A stretch of 38,731 nucleotides of DNA. Origin: an uncultured virus (IMG/VR IMGVR_UViG_3300020048_000022) (taxonomy: Duplodnaviria > Heunggongvirae > Uroviricota > Caudoviricetes). Location: the IMG/VR virus record IMGVR_UViG_3300020048_000022; one strand, given 5' to 3'. A program made the position numbers and the translations under genes. Numbering within the stretch: the stretch's first letter is position 1; each line of letters opens with the position of its first letter. Shown here piece by piece: positions 8,301 through 17,691 of the stretch. The notes under the pieces are model-generated. The model was not told where the DNA came from. It was given only the letters and a program-made list of their open reading frames with translations, and ran no database searches.

Positions 8301-10961
8301 ATCTAAATCTGGATAGAAAGCAGTGTCAAAACCATTAAATCCTGTTATTCCCACTGTTATAAGACCTCTTGATGATAGTGTGGGAAAAACATTAGATTCT
8401 GCTCCGGTAGAAGAAGTAACTAGATTATATTCTTCCTCTCCTGAAATACCTTCAAAGAAATCTGGGCCACTTATCAGCGAAGATCCGTAGGTTATTTCTG
8501 CTCCAGAAGAAACAAAATAAGTTTTACCTGGTGTTATTTTAGTAACTCCGGAAGGTTGAACATCTAAGTATTTATAATATTCATCTGTAGGTGTATATCC
8601 ATATTGACTTGACCAGAAGTCCATATCAATTTCTCTTAATCCATAGAATGAGAATACTCCTAAGGGTATATCATACGTATTAAATGCAGATATATCACTA
8701 GATGATCCAATAGCTACAGTCTCTGTAAAATTGTTTATCTCTAAAGTTGCATGGGTTTCAAAGTCTTTAATTCCTATAATCTCTCCATTTTCATCTTTAG
8801 AATATTGATCAATGAATCTATATTTACCAATAACCACAGACGAAGACTTATTAGAGTATGCTGCTAATCCACTAAAAGAATCAGTTGCTGTATTTTTTAC
8901 AGTATCAATGAAGGTTTTACCAACTTCTATTTTATTTGCATCCTCTATTTTAACTTTTACTCTAGTATTAGAATAATTAGATCCTCCAATAAAAGACTGT
9001 TTTCTGTTTATATCACAGGCATCCTTTTCGTTTATGAAAACAATACCTCTTTGTGAATCTGGCATTCTTTGATTTGTCGACAGATTTAAAAAGAAGTCTA
9101 AATAATATTTATTATTCTCTTGAGTGCCAGTAGCTTTAGTTCTTATTACGAGTTCATCACCAGATTCAAATGTCTCAAATGAATTATAATTAAAGCTATT
9201 TAGTAATCCCGTTAATGCTTTTGCTATATCTTCTTTTGTTCCTCCTGCATGATAATAGTATGTGCTGTCTTGAGAATAAAAACTTCCAGGACCCCATTCA
9301 TCTATCATTCCTGACATATCAGAAGCTCTAAGTATATCATATTTAGATCCAGGAACTCCATAAGCTCCTAATGGATTATAGAAAAGAAAACAGTTCTCGT
9401 CTGTACTTGTTAAAGTGCCACCAATTCTTATTACTGAATATCCTCTCCCTTTTTCTCCTGTGCTTACTGCTTTGTATTGTTTCTTTGTTGAATCATCCTT
9501 ACCAGTAAGCAATCCAAGGTCTAAAGAAACATCTTGTATAACTAATTCATTATTAGTTGATCCTAATCCATAAGTTGAATAAGAAGGAGTAGGTGAAACT
9601 GCACCATAATCAAGCTCTCTTTTTAAAGAATGAAAATTACCATTCTTATCTCTTATCCAAAATAGTTTAGTTTGCTCTGTAATATTTACATCATCAGAAT
9701 TAGGAATAACACCTGTTATATAATTAGGATCTATATAAATTCTAACACCATTATCATTGTATTGGAAATAGCTATTATCTTGGTTATAATATCCTTTCTC
9801 GTTTCTATCTGGCATTGGTGTATTACCGGAAGATCCTAGACTTTTAAATAGAGCATCACCATCAAGTTTAAATTTAGCTAACTCTGGCGCATTAACATAA
9901 AGACCAAAATATCTATTTATAGTGTAATTTTCGGAATCTGTATCATTGAATAGAAACTCCATGTTTAATAACTTATAACTAATGATTCCATTATTTCTAA
10001 ATCCATTAGTTATAAAATCTTCAAATCCTATTTGTGTTTCTGGATTCTCGTAGTAATCTAAAAGATAATCACCCTTCTTATCGAATATTCCAACCGAATA
10101 ATTAACTCCATTAAATGTGGTTAATTGATTATCTTCAAATCTTACGTCTATTAAATTTTCAGTATATCCTGGATTAGTTTTTATCTTTCTTAAGTATTTA
10201 CCAATATCTGAATCCTCAGTAAGATCGAACGTAGACACTATTGTAGCCTTAGGTAAGATCTTATCATAGAAATGATTTTCTGTGTCCTCTACTGAGCTTA
10301 TATTATAGGAAGAATCCAATAATATTACTGTACCGCTACCTTGTGTAATAGTGAATAAAGAAGACGAAGCAGTAAAAACGTTTCCGTCTGTATAAGTGAC
10401 AGAATTACTAGATACTTCATAAGGTAAATAAGCAGGGGCATTAGTATCTACTGTTGTATCCTGTAACACTTTATAAGATTTACCAACTTCTAAAGTTGTA
10501 ACCGGTATCTTATAAGAATAATCTATAGGATCATTAACTTTAAATATAACAAAATGATCAGGTATATCATCACCTAACCATAAAGGTGCAAGATATGTAA
10601 AATCCTCCGTGTATTTATCAGAAGCTAAAGGTGATACACCTGAGCTATAAAAGAAATTATATACACTCGATAGGTCATTCGTTTGATTTTGTACAGGATC
10701 ATCCTCTCCAACAAGTCCAAAAACAAATTGTGGAGGGGTTTTTCCTTCGTCAAAAAATCTATATAAATCTTTATCAAATGAAGAATCAGGAGATATACTA
10801 AATCCCTTATAAGCACTATTGGACATTTCCGAATTAGAATCTATCGAATTAAGCCATATCCCATTGCTAGAGTCTACAGTTATTTTAACGTTACCAGATA
10901 TACTGGGATTTGCTCTAAGTACCCCAAATGATGAGGTCTGTTTTATTATCTTTCTAGCCAC
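5349..10961 (-). CDS. Very large putative virion structural protein (1870 aa, GTG start) with a degenerate cupredoxin-like domain near the C-terminus
   Basis: Long ORF in the structural operon. GTG follows TAATAA of the upstream gene. Beta-rich, Tyr/Phe/Asp/Asn-rich composition. Confidence 0.7.
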   Translation of the reverse strand: MARKIIKQTSSFGVLRANPSISGNVKITVDSSNGIWLNSIDSNSEMSNSAYKGFSISPDSSFDKDLYRFFDEGKTPPQFVFGLVGEDDPVQNQTNDLSSVYNFFYSSGVSPLASDKYTEDFTYLAPLWLGDDIPDHFVIFKVNDPIDYSYKIPVTTLEVGKSYKVLQDTTVDTNAPAYLPYEVSSNSVTYTDGNVFTASSSLFTITQGSGTVILLDSSYNISSVEDTENHFYDKILPKATIVSTFDLTEDSDIGKYLRKIKTNPGYTENLIDVRFEDNQLTTFNGVNYSVGIFDKKGDYLLDYYENPETQIGFEDFITNGFRNNGIISYKLLNMEFLFNDTDSENYTINRYFGLYVNAPELAKFKLDGDALFKSLGSSGNTPMPDRNEKGYYNQDNSYFQYNDNGVRIYIDPNYITGVIPNSDDVNITEQTKLFWIRDKNGNFHSLKRELDYGAVSPTPSYSTYGLGSTNNELVIQDVSLDLGLLTGKDDSTKKQYKAVSTGEKGRGYSVIRIGGTLTSTDENCFLFYNPLGAYGVPGSKYDILRASDMSGMIDEWGPGSFYSQDSTYYYHAGGTKEDIAKALTGLLNSFNYNSFETFESGDELVIRTKATGTQENNKYYLDFFLNLSTNQRMPDSQRGIVFINEKDACDINRKQSFIGGSNYSNTRVKVKIEDANKIEVGKTFIDTVKNTATDSFSGLAAYSNKSSSVVIGKYRFIDQYSKDENGEIIGIKDFETHATLEINNFTETVAIGSSSDISAFNTYDIPLGVFSFYGLREIDMDFWSSQYGYTPTDEYYKYLDVQPSGVTKITPGKTYFVSSGAEITYGSSLISGPDFFEGISGEEEYNLVTSSTGAESNVFPTLSSRGLITVGITGFNGFDTAFYPDLDAFPGFYGIQSLQFINDTNGINTKYEILNFGKLSSEYDYTEDNYNPTFALKSRVSPYITKWVYRGGTDIRGNGYRLNANLAFSPLNFSPSFFKRSQDPQYFTHEWYHLQKPPYSIPESNLHIDKNYLAKEIDEILLNDANPSLRDYFFDYFSIEGEDLNTYYPTSSTIDKIDLTERFSIFDFNSANGFSETLYRGAKVRIKRTFTDYAQGESIKYVEDDTFYDDYKFSCVIVPIRNIPEDIQIPVKVKIIENRTFKNITFVVEVLIDDARVLDFENISPELQYLDLDYFLLYSLKDKLDSQYYPVSSPPSWLPNNDIELPIIGDIKLSSALNVSSNPNSQGFVSVVNSGTQGDEGTIYTIPNPNYETDLREEINFTYLPSVVPTAGSSFGPGSFYGVIGNAGAGGGYTLPFPTGVSEDAVKFTATDSNYEFDFSQIGLPGPLNIPSTANYNTVANTPIYQREGGKSYWGSILEKISFANLSLWVNTGYPYIEYKTYVWNEATNTTDILDNQFVLEFIKPSTFVQNSILFPEEITDKPQELSVFNVGYNISELEGDTELYRYGGGYIPSFREILKFENVKYDIPFWSIPSTYTFTVKVTDKIDGSELYDLGSNLCFEINGNTQSEISLIKGVTYFFDLSDSSNTGYQIYFSKNNTGNSYPLDSLAQGYNLVGTPGTPGAYIMFEVPYDFLSDVYYVAQGGKYMGHKINVIDSIEYSYCSFGPSKDNFGNVKNVNYYKYATNWIFRIGQNSPYNPAYNLIGETPVDKRDLSLFESSWDPGFYRQYSGPTGYSSLPGTKNMKEEKSFFGSKAMQTPDTVNSQKQIVYGTSLKGVLDLNYNNYPNYEILWENTPTELRGVLLVDRMLTRFFLENGGKESFNEFIIPEFGFGSLTDINDDFSEYIKLNVLPIFQSKDNGSYMKKIPVADPQSLTPVIGDLADYQKLINGYYPSQEIRYTKVNELKYEFRIPKDPSFNYSLAFSIQIGKI

Positions 10962-10964
10962 TTA

Positions 10965-13900
10965 TTAAATAGTTTTCTTACTTTGTGAATAAGCTGGAGA
11001 AACTAATGAAGTTTTAGTATAGCTTCCAGTTACAAGAACATCAAGAGAAAATAAATCCTCGTTCTTTACTTGTATATCTATTCCTATCTTCTTACTGTAT
11101 GTAATATTTTTAAGATTACCAGCAGTTCTCCATCCCCCAATAAATCCTAATTTATCTTGAGCTCTCATTTGAAAAATCAGTGGAACTGTTATTGAATTCT
11201 CTTGTCCAAACTCTAATGTCTTTTTAGCTAATTGTGTTGACCCTTCTATTTGTATTGCAGTGTGTGATGTTGGTCCTAAAAATAAATAAGATCCACAAGA
11301 GTACTTACCACATAGGAACTCGTCAGAATCTAAGAATCCTAATTTATTAGGATAAGCATTATCATCAATACCAAATACTGATCCTGAATTAGCTCCGTAA
11401 TATTCTAATTGTTGTGTGGAAAGACTTTGAGAACTTGCGGGAATTGAAGAAGTTATATTGGTATCTACCTCAAATCCTAAAGCATGTCTAAATGACGGAT
11501 AAGTCATATTTCCTGGGCCAGTTACAATGGGTCTTTCTAAATCAACAAAAGAATTTGCCGATCCGTCGTTAATATCGGGATGTGAAATATGTACACAGAA
11601 TTCATTCAAATTACCATTTCCGTCAGGTATTGGTAAAGTTGTATAATTACCATCCCAAATGTTTACATTAGCAGAACCTAAAGGAGTTGTAGCTGGATCA
11701 AACGGCATAAGTATGCCATCACTATTTATAGGTAATCCAGTAGTTCCTGTATTAATATTCCAAGATGGTAAATTTGGTGGGGTGAAGTATAAATCCTCAT
11801 CTAATCCCACACTCTTATATCTAGTATAAACAAATTGAGAATAAGCATTAGCACTTTGATATCCTGATGCTTGTATAAATGCACCAGGGGTAGGTGTTGT
11901 TCCGACTATAACATTAGCGGAGTTAATACCTGATAGTTGTATTGGTGTTTCTCCGTATTTTCTGTTGTTGTTATAATCGCTCTGTCCGCTTATTGTAATA
12001 GGAGCTTTAACCCCTTGTCCTCCTGGTATTAAAGAGGAAAGTTCTAAAGGAGTAGCAGCTTCATTTCTTAATTCTAGATAATAAATAACTGTTGCAATTT
12101 TACCTTTATTACTAGGATTTGAAAGATCTATTAATTGATCGTAATATCCAGCAAATAAATTAACAGTGCTACCAGGATTTATTTTATTAGAAGTACCACC
12201 ACTTCTTATATAAACTCCCAAAGTTCCTTTTGCTTTAGCAATAAGAGCTCTTAATGATTGTAATTCATTGTCTATTTGAGTTAACTTTTGAAATAGATCT
12301 AAAGCTTTACCTCCTCCATCAAAGAATCCAGATGCAATAGAATTGGAATTGTGTGCATAAAATTTATCACCGGAAGTAAATTGAGTGGATAAATGTTGAT
12401 CTAATCCTTTAGCTTGTAAATCTGCTTGTACTTTAACTACAGCCTGATCCATGCTGTTCTGTGCTACGAAAGATCCATTGTCTATCGATACAACCAAATT
12501 AGCAGGGAATTCCACTATAGCAGAAGTTGACCAATCAGAGGTCAAAGGATTAGTAGGCCAACCAGCTTCAGATATAGATTGAACTTGTATTTCAACCTTC
12601 TCACCCTTGGTTATAGCAATATCTAATTGATTTATATTTACTGTATTAGCATCGCTAACATCTTCAATTTGCCAAACATATGTTCCAGTATTAGAATCAT
12701 ATACTTTCTTTCTTAAATCGCTTGTAAACTGTGTCCAATTTGTAAATTGTCCTGTCTTTTGCACTCCGTTATTGTCTACGTAGTCGATCTGAGTTGTGCC
12801 ATTAGAATTTCCCGTTAATGAAAGGTATCTATATCTTACATTAAATTGAACAATATTCTGTTCTCCAGTTTTAGAATCAATAATTGGCTCAGGTATAGGC
12901 CAAAATCCTCTAACTCTATATTTAGGTGCTTCCGTTAATTCAGGGGTTGCAATAGTTAGATTATTAATTTCAGTGATTGTGGTAGCTAATAAATCCGTTC
13001 TACTTGCTTTATCCTTAGCTAATGAAGTGATCTTATCGTTTAATTTCTTGTATTCTGCAGTAGGTGTTTTCCCTGTAGATGTTGTTGTTAACTCAGAAAG
13101 TTGTTTTCTTGTCTGGTCTATTGCTCTGTCTATTGAACCCACTTCATTTTTCAAGGAAGTCTTAATCTTAATCTTATCTTTAAAATCTACACTTTCTTTA
13201 GAATCAGTTATCTGTGAATTAACTTTAACTACCTTAAAGTTTCCGGGAGAAACTACAGGTGCAGAAGGGGTTTGTCCATAAACTGCAGGAATAACATTCT
13301 CTTTAGCAGAAGATATAAAGATCTTACTAAAATCTGAAACCTGTGAAGTATAGAATTCAGATAATGTCTTAACACCATCGGAGGTGTTTATTTGTAGCTC
13401 ATTAGATAAGAAACAAATACCAGGACTATATTTACTAGATGCAACATTAAAATCTCCATCAATAGATTTAATAAAAATAGCTTGTCTCTCATCAAATCCC
13501 ACATTAATATCTACAGTTCTATTAGATAGAACATTAGAGTAAATTGTAAGGGAGTTATTACCTATTTGTATAGCATCAAATCCAAATAGTCTTTTTAGAA
13601 CTATAGTTTGGTTTGTAGTGTCTATTGATGTTATTTCGTATTTAGTTCCTCCTGATGTTATTAAAGTGTCGCCTTTTGTTAAAGTCCTAGAATCAGTTGA
13701 GGTTGCTAATGTATCTGTGTATCTTAATGTGTTTAACTTATACTTTCTAACAGTATTAGTTGATGTGATACCATTTTCAGTTACTTGTGTTTCTTCGTCA
13801 AATATTCTAAGAACTCCAAAAGATCCAATATATCTTATTGTTCTTAATTCTAATTCATTTATTTGCTCATCGGTAAAGTATTGAATTCCTTGGCTTTTTA

Positions 13901-14459
13901 ATGAAGCAGTATAATCAGAATCTGTAATATCATTTCTTCCTTTTAGATTTGAATCAAAATAAGCTTTTTGAACATCAGTTTGTGTGCTAGCTATAATTCT
14001 TTTTACGTAAACTTTTTCAGAATTTGCTGGTATTTGATTCTCTACATCAATTGAAACATAAAGTAAAGGATTTAAAAAAGATTCAAAAAACCAATTGTTC
14101 CTAGCTTGGAAAGTACCGGGTACTTGTAGACTTCCAGGGGAAGATGGATCTTTTAATATATTAGCCTGGTATATTTTAGAAACAGTCCCATCCGATTTTC
14201 TAATATTTGCTGTAGTGTCTTCTAATCCAGAAAGTGCTAATACATTTTTATCAATTCTATTAATCTCAGATTTTAAAAATCCATAAGAAGGAATTTGAAT
14301 ATTCTCTGAAGTGTTATCATCCATCAAAAATTCGATTTCAACAGAATCTTTAGACGACGTAGCAACATCGTTCAATTTATTTATGATCTCTAAAGAATTC
14401 TTTTGAAGCCTTAAAAATTGAGCTATTAAAGAGGAGAATGAATTTTTTGTGTTTGACAT
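10965..14459 (-). CDS. Large putative virion structural protein (1164 aa) with coiled coils and Ig/FN3-like segments
   Basis: Heptad-like segments (LKNEVGSIDRAIDQTRKQLSEL; LFQKLTQIDNELQSLRALI) flank a beta-rich region (IVQFNVRYRY...VEIQVQSISEAGWP). Operon context. Confidence 0.65.
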   Translation of the reverse strand: MSNTKNSFSSLIAQFLRLQKNSLEIINKLNDVATSSKDSVEIEFLMDDNTSENIQIPSYGFLKSEINRIDKNVLALSGLEDTTANIRKSDGTVSKIYQANILKDPSSPGSLQVPGTFQARNNWFFESFLNPLLYVSIDVENQIPANSEKVYVKRIIASTQTDVQKAYFDSNLKGRNDITDSDYTASLKSQGIQYFTDEQINELELRTIRYIGSFGVLRIFDEETQVTENGITSTNTVRKYKLNTLRYTDTLATSTDSRTLTKGDTLITSGGTKYEITSIDTTNQTIVLKRLFGFDAIQIGNNSLTIYSNVLSNRTVDINVGFDERQAIFIKSIDGDFNVASSKYSPGICFLSNELQINTSDGVKTLSEFYTSQVSDFSKIFISSAKENVIPAVYGQTPSAPVVSPGNFKVVKVNSQITDSKESVDFKDKIKIKTSLKNEVGSIDRAIDQTRKQLSELTTTSTGKTPTAEYKKLNDKITSLAKDKASRTDLLATTITEINNLTIATPELTEAPKYRVRGFWPIPEPIIDSKTGEQNIVQFNVRYRYLSLTGNSNGTTQIDYVDNNGVQKTGQFTNWTQFTSDLRKKVYDSNTGTYVWQIEDVSDANTVNINQLDIAITKGEKVEIQVQSISEAGWPTNPLTSDWSTSAIVEFPANLVVSIDNGSFVAQNSMDQAVVKVQADLQAKGLDQHLSTQFTSGDKFYAHNSNSIASGFFDGGGKALDLFQKLTQIDNELQSLRALIAKAKGTLGVYIRSGGTSNKINPGSTVNLFAGYYDQLIDLSNPSNKGKIATVIYYLELRNEAATPLELSSLIPGGQGVKAPITISGQSDYNNNRKYGETPIQLSGINSANVIVGTTPTPGAFIQASGYQSANAYSQFVYTRYKSVGLDEDLYFTPPNLPSWNINTGTTGLPINSDGILMPFDPATTPLGSANVNIWDGNYTTLPIPDGNGNLNEFCVHISHPDINDGSANSFVDLERPIVTGPGNMTYPSFRHALGFEVDTNITSSIPASSQSLSTQQLEYYGANSGSVFGIDDNAYPNKLGFLDSDEFLCGKYSCGSYLFLGPTSHTAIQIEGSTQLAKKTLEFGQENSITVPLIFQMRAQDKLGFIGGWRTAGNLKNITYSKKIGIDIQVKNEDLFSLDVLVTGSYTKTSLVSPAYSQSKKTI

Positions 14460-14465
14460 TTTATC

Positions 14466-16646
14466 TTATTTTATTTGGTCTACTTCAAATATTAGATTCT
14501 TATCATCTACACAAACAATATCAAAGATAGGTTTGTAAGAAGCATTTTGAAATTGTATATTTATAAATCCAGCAACTACAGTAGAATAAGGTACACCTGA
14601 AGGAGTTCCTTTTGGATATTCTCCTAAAGCATCAGTTAGAATAACCAATGAATAGTTTCCTAAATCTATATCATCACCTATTACTAATCTCAGAACTTGA
14701 CCTTTTTGCCATTTATTTGTGGTATCGTCTATCTTAATAACAATATCATTATTTGCCGTTATAGATAATCCATTATTTTTATGCTTAAGGTAATTTGTAT
14801 AAAGTTCAAGTGATACCGTGTTACCCGCAACAGGATTCATAGTAAATAAAGAATTTGTTCCCACATTATAATCTTGTTGCGTAACATCCACTCTTAATAT
14901 ATTAGGTGTTGTCCTATCAACATAAGTTCCATCTCCGTCTTTTAAAAGATCGAGATTGTAACTCATATTTATAGATGTTTGATTCTGAAGTATATTTTCT
15001 ATGGAATCACTATTTCTTTCAATTAAACTTAGAATATCTTGAGTGTTATCGAAAAGAGCTTGATTTGCTTGTAAAGATTTCTCTACAACATCTAATCTTA
15101 ATTTTATATCTGTACTATCGTCAGTATTAATAATAAGATCAGTCAGTGCAGAAATCTGATCCTGCATTGCCATTATCTCTAATGTTCTATCATTAAGATT
15201 TTTAGCTGCATCCTGTAAAACAGTAGCTGCATCCATAAAGATAGAAAGTGAGAATGACGAGTAATCATTTATTGCTTGCTCTACCCCCGTGCTTTCTACA
15301 TCAGTATCAAACTTAAGATTTATTTTAAATCCATAAGAATTACCATTTAATTTGGTAATAGGATCTGGCTTAAATTTCTTGAAGTTTGGAAATTTAGATC
15401 CATTAGTAGAAATAGGCTCAGGATCATTTAAGAATAAAATACCATAAAGATTAGTTTCTGAATCTGTAGGGTTATTAGGATCATAAACATCATAATAAAC
15501 AAGAACTGCATTAAATTCAAAAGAAGTAGTAGTAGGTGTTCCGTTCCATTCTTCTATTGTGGAAATTCCCACGTAATTTTGAATAGCTTTGTATGATGAT
15601 GGTTCAAAGTCTATTTGTACACCATCAAGATTACTTCTATTATAAGTTACACTGTAACCAGAAGGTGCACTAGATACATATTTTTCTAACGTATAGTTGG
15701 TATTATCAAAGAAACTAGGATCAGTAAAATAAGAATTAGCCTCGTCTCTAGGTTGATACCAGTTACTTAAAAATGTTCCAGTAGCAGATATTCCGGTCAC
15801 TCCAGGTTCTCCTAAAACGTCCTGATCAAATATAGCCAATTTTGGTAATCCATTAGGACCATATAATCCAGAAGCAGAATCTCTTCCCTGAAGGTATTCA
15901 GTGTCTAATGGATCTGGAGGTAAGTGTGTGAATGTTCTGTCAGGATAATAATTCTCATCAGCAACAGTTTTAAATAGAACATATGGTGTTCCCCCGTCTC
16001 CTGTTGGTACGTGAATATAAACTTCAGAATAAGCATTATCTGAATTTTGTACAGAATTTACAACATCAATATCACCAATATATTGTACTAGTCTTTCGTA
16101 TCTAGGGGTTGGTGTACCGTTACCTGTTAATAAAGTGTCTTCCTCTACCCATCTTTTATCTGAATAAGGAAATCCATCAACTGTTGTTGTGGTTGTTTGA
16201 TTTAAAGAAGCTACCACTTCATTAGGATTTGCTGATCTGTATCGAATACCCCCTAATTCTTTGATCCATTTCCAAAAAATTCTTTCAGAAACGTTTCTTT
16301 TTAATTCTGCATTATAGTTAGGATCCGAAATAACAGTAGATTCTAAATTTAAGCAGTAATTCTGAAATGAAATTTCAGGAGAAGGACTAAGGTTATTAGG
16401 ATTTGTTAATACGAAATTACCAGCAGCAGCATCAAGAAAAGTTGTATCAATAGCATTAAATTGTAAAGTGTTTTCTTTATATGTCGGAGATCCCATAACA
16501 GGAATCTTCAAAAGAGCATATTTAGAAAAACTAAATTTCTTTAATGAATTATTAAAGGTTAATGTTAGATCCTCTGCAGCAGAAGAGAAGGTATAAAATG
16601 TACCCCCCTGAACTGCTATCGGTCTTATATAAGGTGTTTTTGCCAT
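14466..16646 (-). CDS. Putative virion structural protein (726 aa) with a C-proximal coiled coil
   Basis: Long ORF in the operon, coiled coil at about residues 470-555, no catalytic motif recognised. Confidence 0.65.
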   Translation of the reverse strand: MAKTPYIRPIAVQGGTFYTFSSAAEDLTLTFNNSLKKFSFSKYALLKIPVMGSPTYKENTLQFNAIDTTFLDAAAGNFVLTNPNNLSPSPEISFQNYCLNLESTVISDPNYNAELKRNVSERIFWKWIKELGGIRYRSANPNEVVASLNQTTTTTVDGFPYSDKRWVEEDTLLTGNGTPTPRYERLVQYIGDIDVVNSVQNSDNAYSEVYIHVPTGDGGTPYVLFKTVADENYYPDRTFTHLPPDPLDTEYLQGRDSASGLYGPNGLPKLAIFDQDVLGEPGVTGISATGTFLSNWYQPRDEANSYFTDPSFFDNTNYTLEKYVSSAPSGYSVTYNRSNLDGVQIDFEPSSYKAIQNYVGISTIEEWNGTPTTTSFEFNAVLVYYDVYDPNNPTDSETNLYGILFLNDPEPISTNGSKFPNFKKFKPDPITKLNGNSYGFKINLKFDTDVESTGVEQAINDYSSFSLSIFMDAATVLQDAAKNLNDRTLEIMAMQDQISALTDLIINTDDSTDIKLRLDVVEKSLQANQALFDNTQDILSLIERNSDSIENILQNQTSINMSYNLDLLKDGDGTYVDRTTPNILRVDVTQQDYNVGTNSLFTMNPVAGNTVSLELYTNYLKHKNNGLSITANNDIVIKIDDTTNKWQKGQVLRLVIGDDIDLGNYSLVILTDALGEYPKGTPSGVPYSTVVAGFINIQFQNASYKPIFDIVCVDDKNLIFEVDQIK

Positions 16647-16662
16647 TGATTATTTTTCTTAA

Positions 16663-17580
16663 TTAGAATGTAAATCCAGGAGTAGAGTTAACAACCACCC
16701 AAGATCCTTTTTGTGATGTTCCTGATTGACCTATTCTTGGTTCCCACATGATAGTTATAGATGATTTATATTGATTTCCTGTTGTTACAAAATCAGGATC
16801 TGTATAAGAAGCATCACCAGTTGAGAATCCAGTATAATAATAAGGTGCAGGACCAGTAACTCCTGTAGCAATTTTTCCTATGGAAGTTGCTGTGTCAACT
16901 AATGTTACAGTATAACCTGCAGGGATATCAGAAGCAGTTGCTCCAGCGCCTGTTGTAGCGTAAAAGAAAAATCCTGTAGTAAATCCAGCATCAGCTGGCG
17001 CACTCGAAACATAATCTGATTGTATATAAATAACATTTTCCGTTAAAGTTAATTGGTAAGGTGTTGAGTAAGTTCCAGTAACACCTGCTCCTGGAGCATT
17101 AGGGAAAGCAGTAGAAGATCCTACAGTGGCTTTTCTGTTAGTGTTAACAAAATTTCCAGATGCCCCGATGTTCATTCTTCCTTCTACGTTTAGAACACTA
17201 TTAAATGTTGCAGTTGCTCCAAATGTAGCTGTTCCTGAAGCAGATAAAGTATTTGCTTGTAAAACATTAGAGAATATACCAGTTGCCCCTGCAACAGTGC
17301 TAGAAGCCACGATAAAACCTCCACTAGCACCAGTTCCATATATTTGTATAGTTGGTGATCCAGAAGAAGGCATAACTAAGCTGTTAGCCAATAATGATTT
17401 TGCTTTAATCTGTCCACTTGTTGCGCTAGACACGTCTAGAGATCCAGTTAATACGTTTATATTAAATGTGTTTTCTAAATCGTTATAAGCATTCTCAAGC
17501 AACAAAAAGTTAGCATTGATAGTTAATCTAGAACCCGAAATTGAATCAGTTCCAAGAATTTCAGTAATTGTGATTGCCAT
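16663..17580 (-). CDS. Short fibre/appendage-like virion protein (305 aa)
   Basis: N-terminal GTDSISGSRLTINANF anchor motif resembling that of the 909-aa fibre. Gly/Ser/Thr/Ala-rich. Confidence 0.6.
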   Translation of the reverse strand: MAITITEILGTDSISGSRLTINANFLLLENAYNDLENTFNINVLTGSLDVSSATSGQIKAKSLLANSLVMPSSGSPTIQIYGTGASGGFIVASSTVAGATGIFSNVLQANTLSASGTATFGATATFNSVLNVEGRMNIGASGNFVNTNRKATVGSSTAFPNAPGAGVTGTYSTPYQLTLTENVIYIQSDYVSSAPADAGFTTGFFFYATTGAGATASDIPAGYTVTLVDTATSIGKIATGVTGPAPYYYTGFSTGDASYTDPDFVTTGNQYKSSITIMWEPRIGQSGTSQKGSWVVVNSTPGFTF

Positions 17581-17597
17581 TTGATTTTTCTTTTTTT

Positions 17598-17607
17598 GAT
17601 ATATATC
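17598..17607. promoter_or_regulatory. Palindromic GATATATATC, putative late promoter motif between the divergent 305-aa gene and phoH
   Basis: Perfect 10-bp palindrome containing the RATATATA core, 17 nt upstream of the 305-aa ATG. Confidence 0.5.
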
Positions 17608-17651
17608 CTGTATTACTTACAATAGAAAAAGACAGGGACAATCATTAAAGA

Positions 17652-17674
17652 AAGAAACATAGATTATGTTTCTT
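17652..17674. promoter_or_regulatory. Perfect inverted repeat AAGAAACATA-gat-TATGTTTCTT (operator or weak terminator hairpin)
   Basis: 10-bp arms with a 3-nt spacer, 17 nt upstream of the phoH ATG, flanked by A-rich tracts. Confidence 0.4.
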
Positions 17675-17691
17675 AAAAAAATAAAATTCTT

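Noticed and set aside
5349..16646. 726-, 1164- and 1870-aa genes all in one frame, suggesting a readthrough polyprotein
   Set aside because: They are separated by TAA and by tandem TAATAA, and each has its own start. A shared frame is easily chance.
17581..17691. Pho box upstream of phoH
   Set aside because: No CTGTCAT-like 11-bp-period direct repeats were seen.
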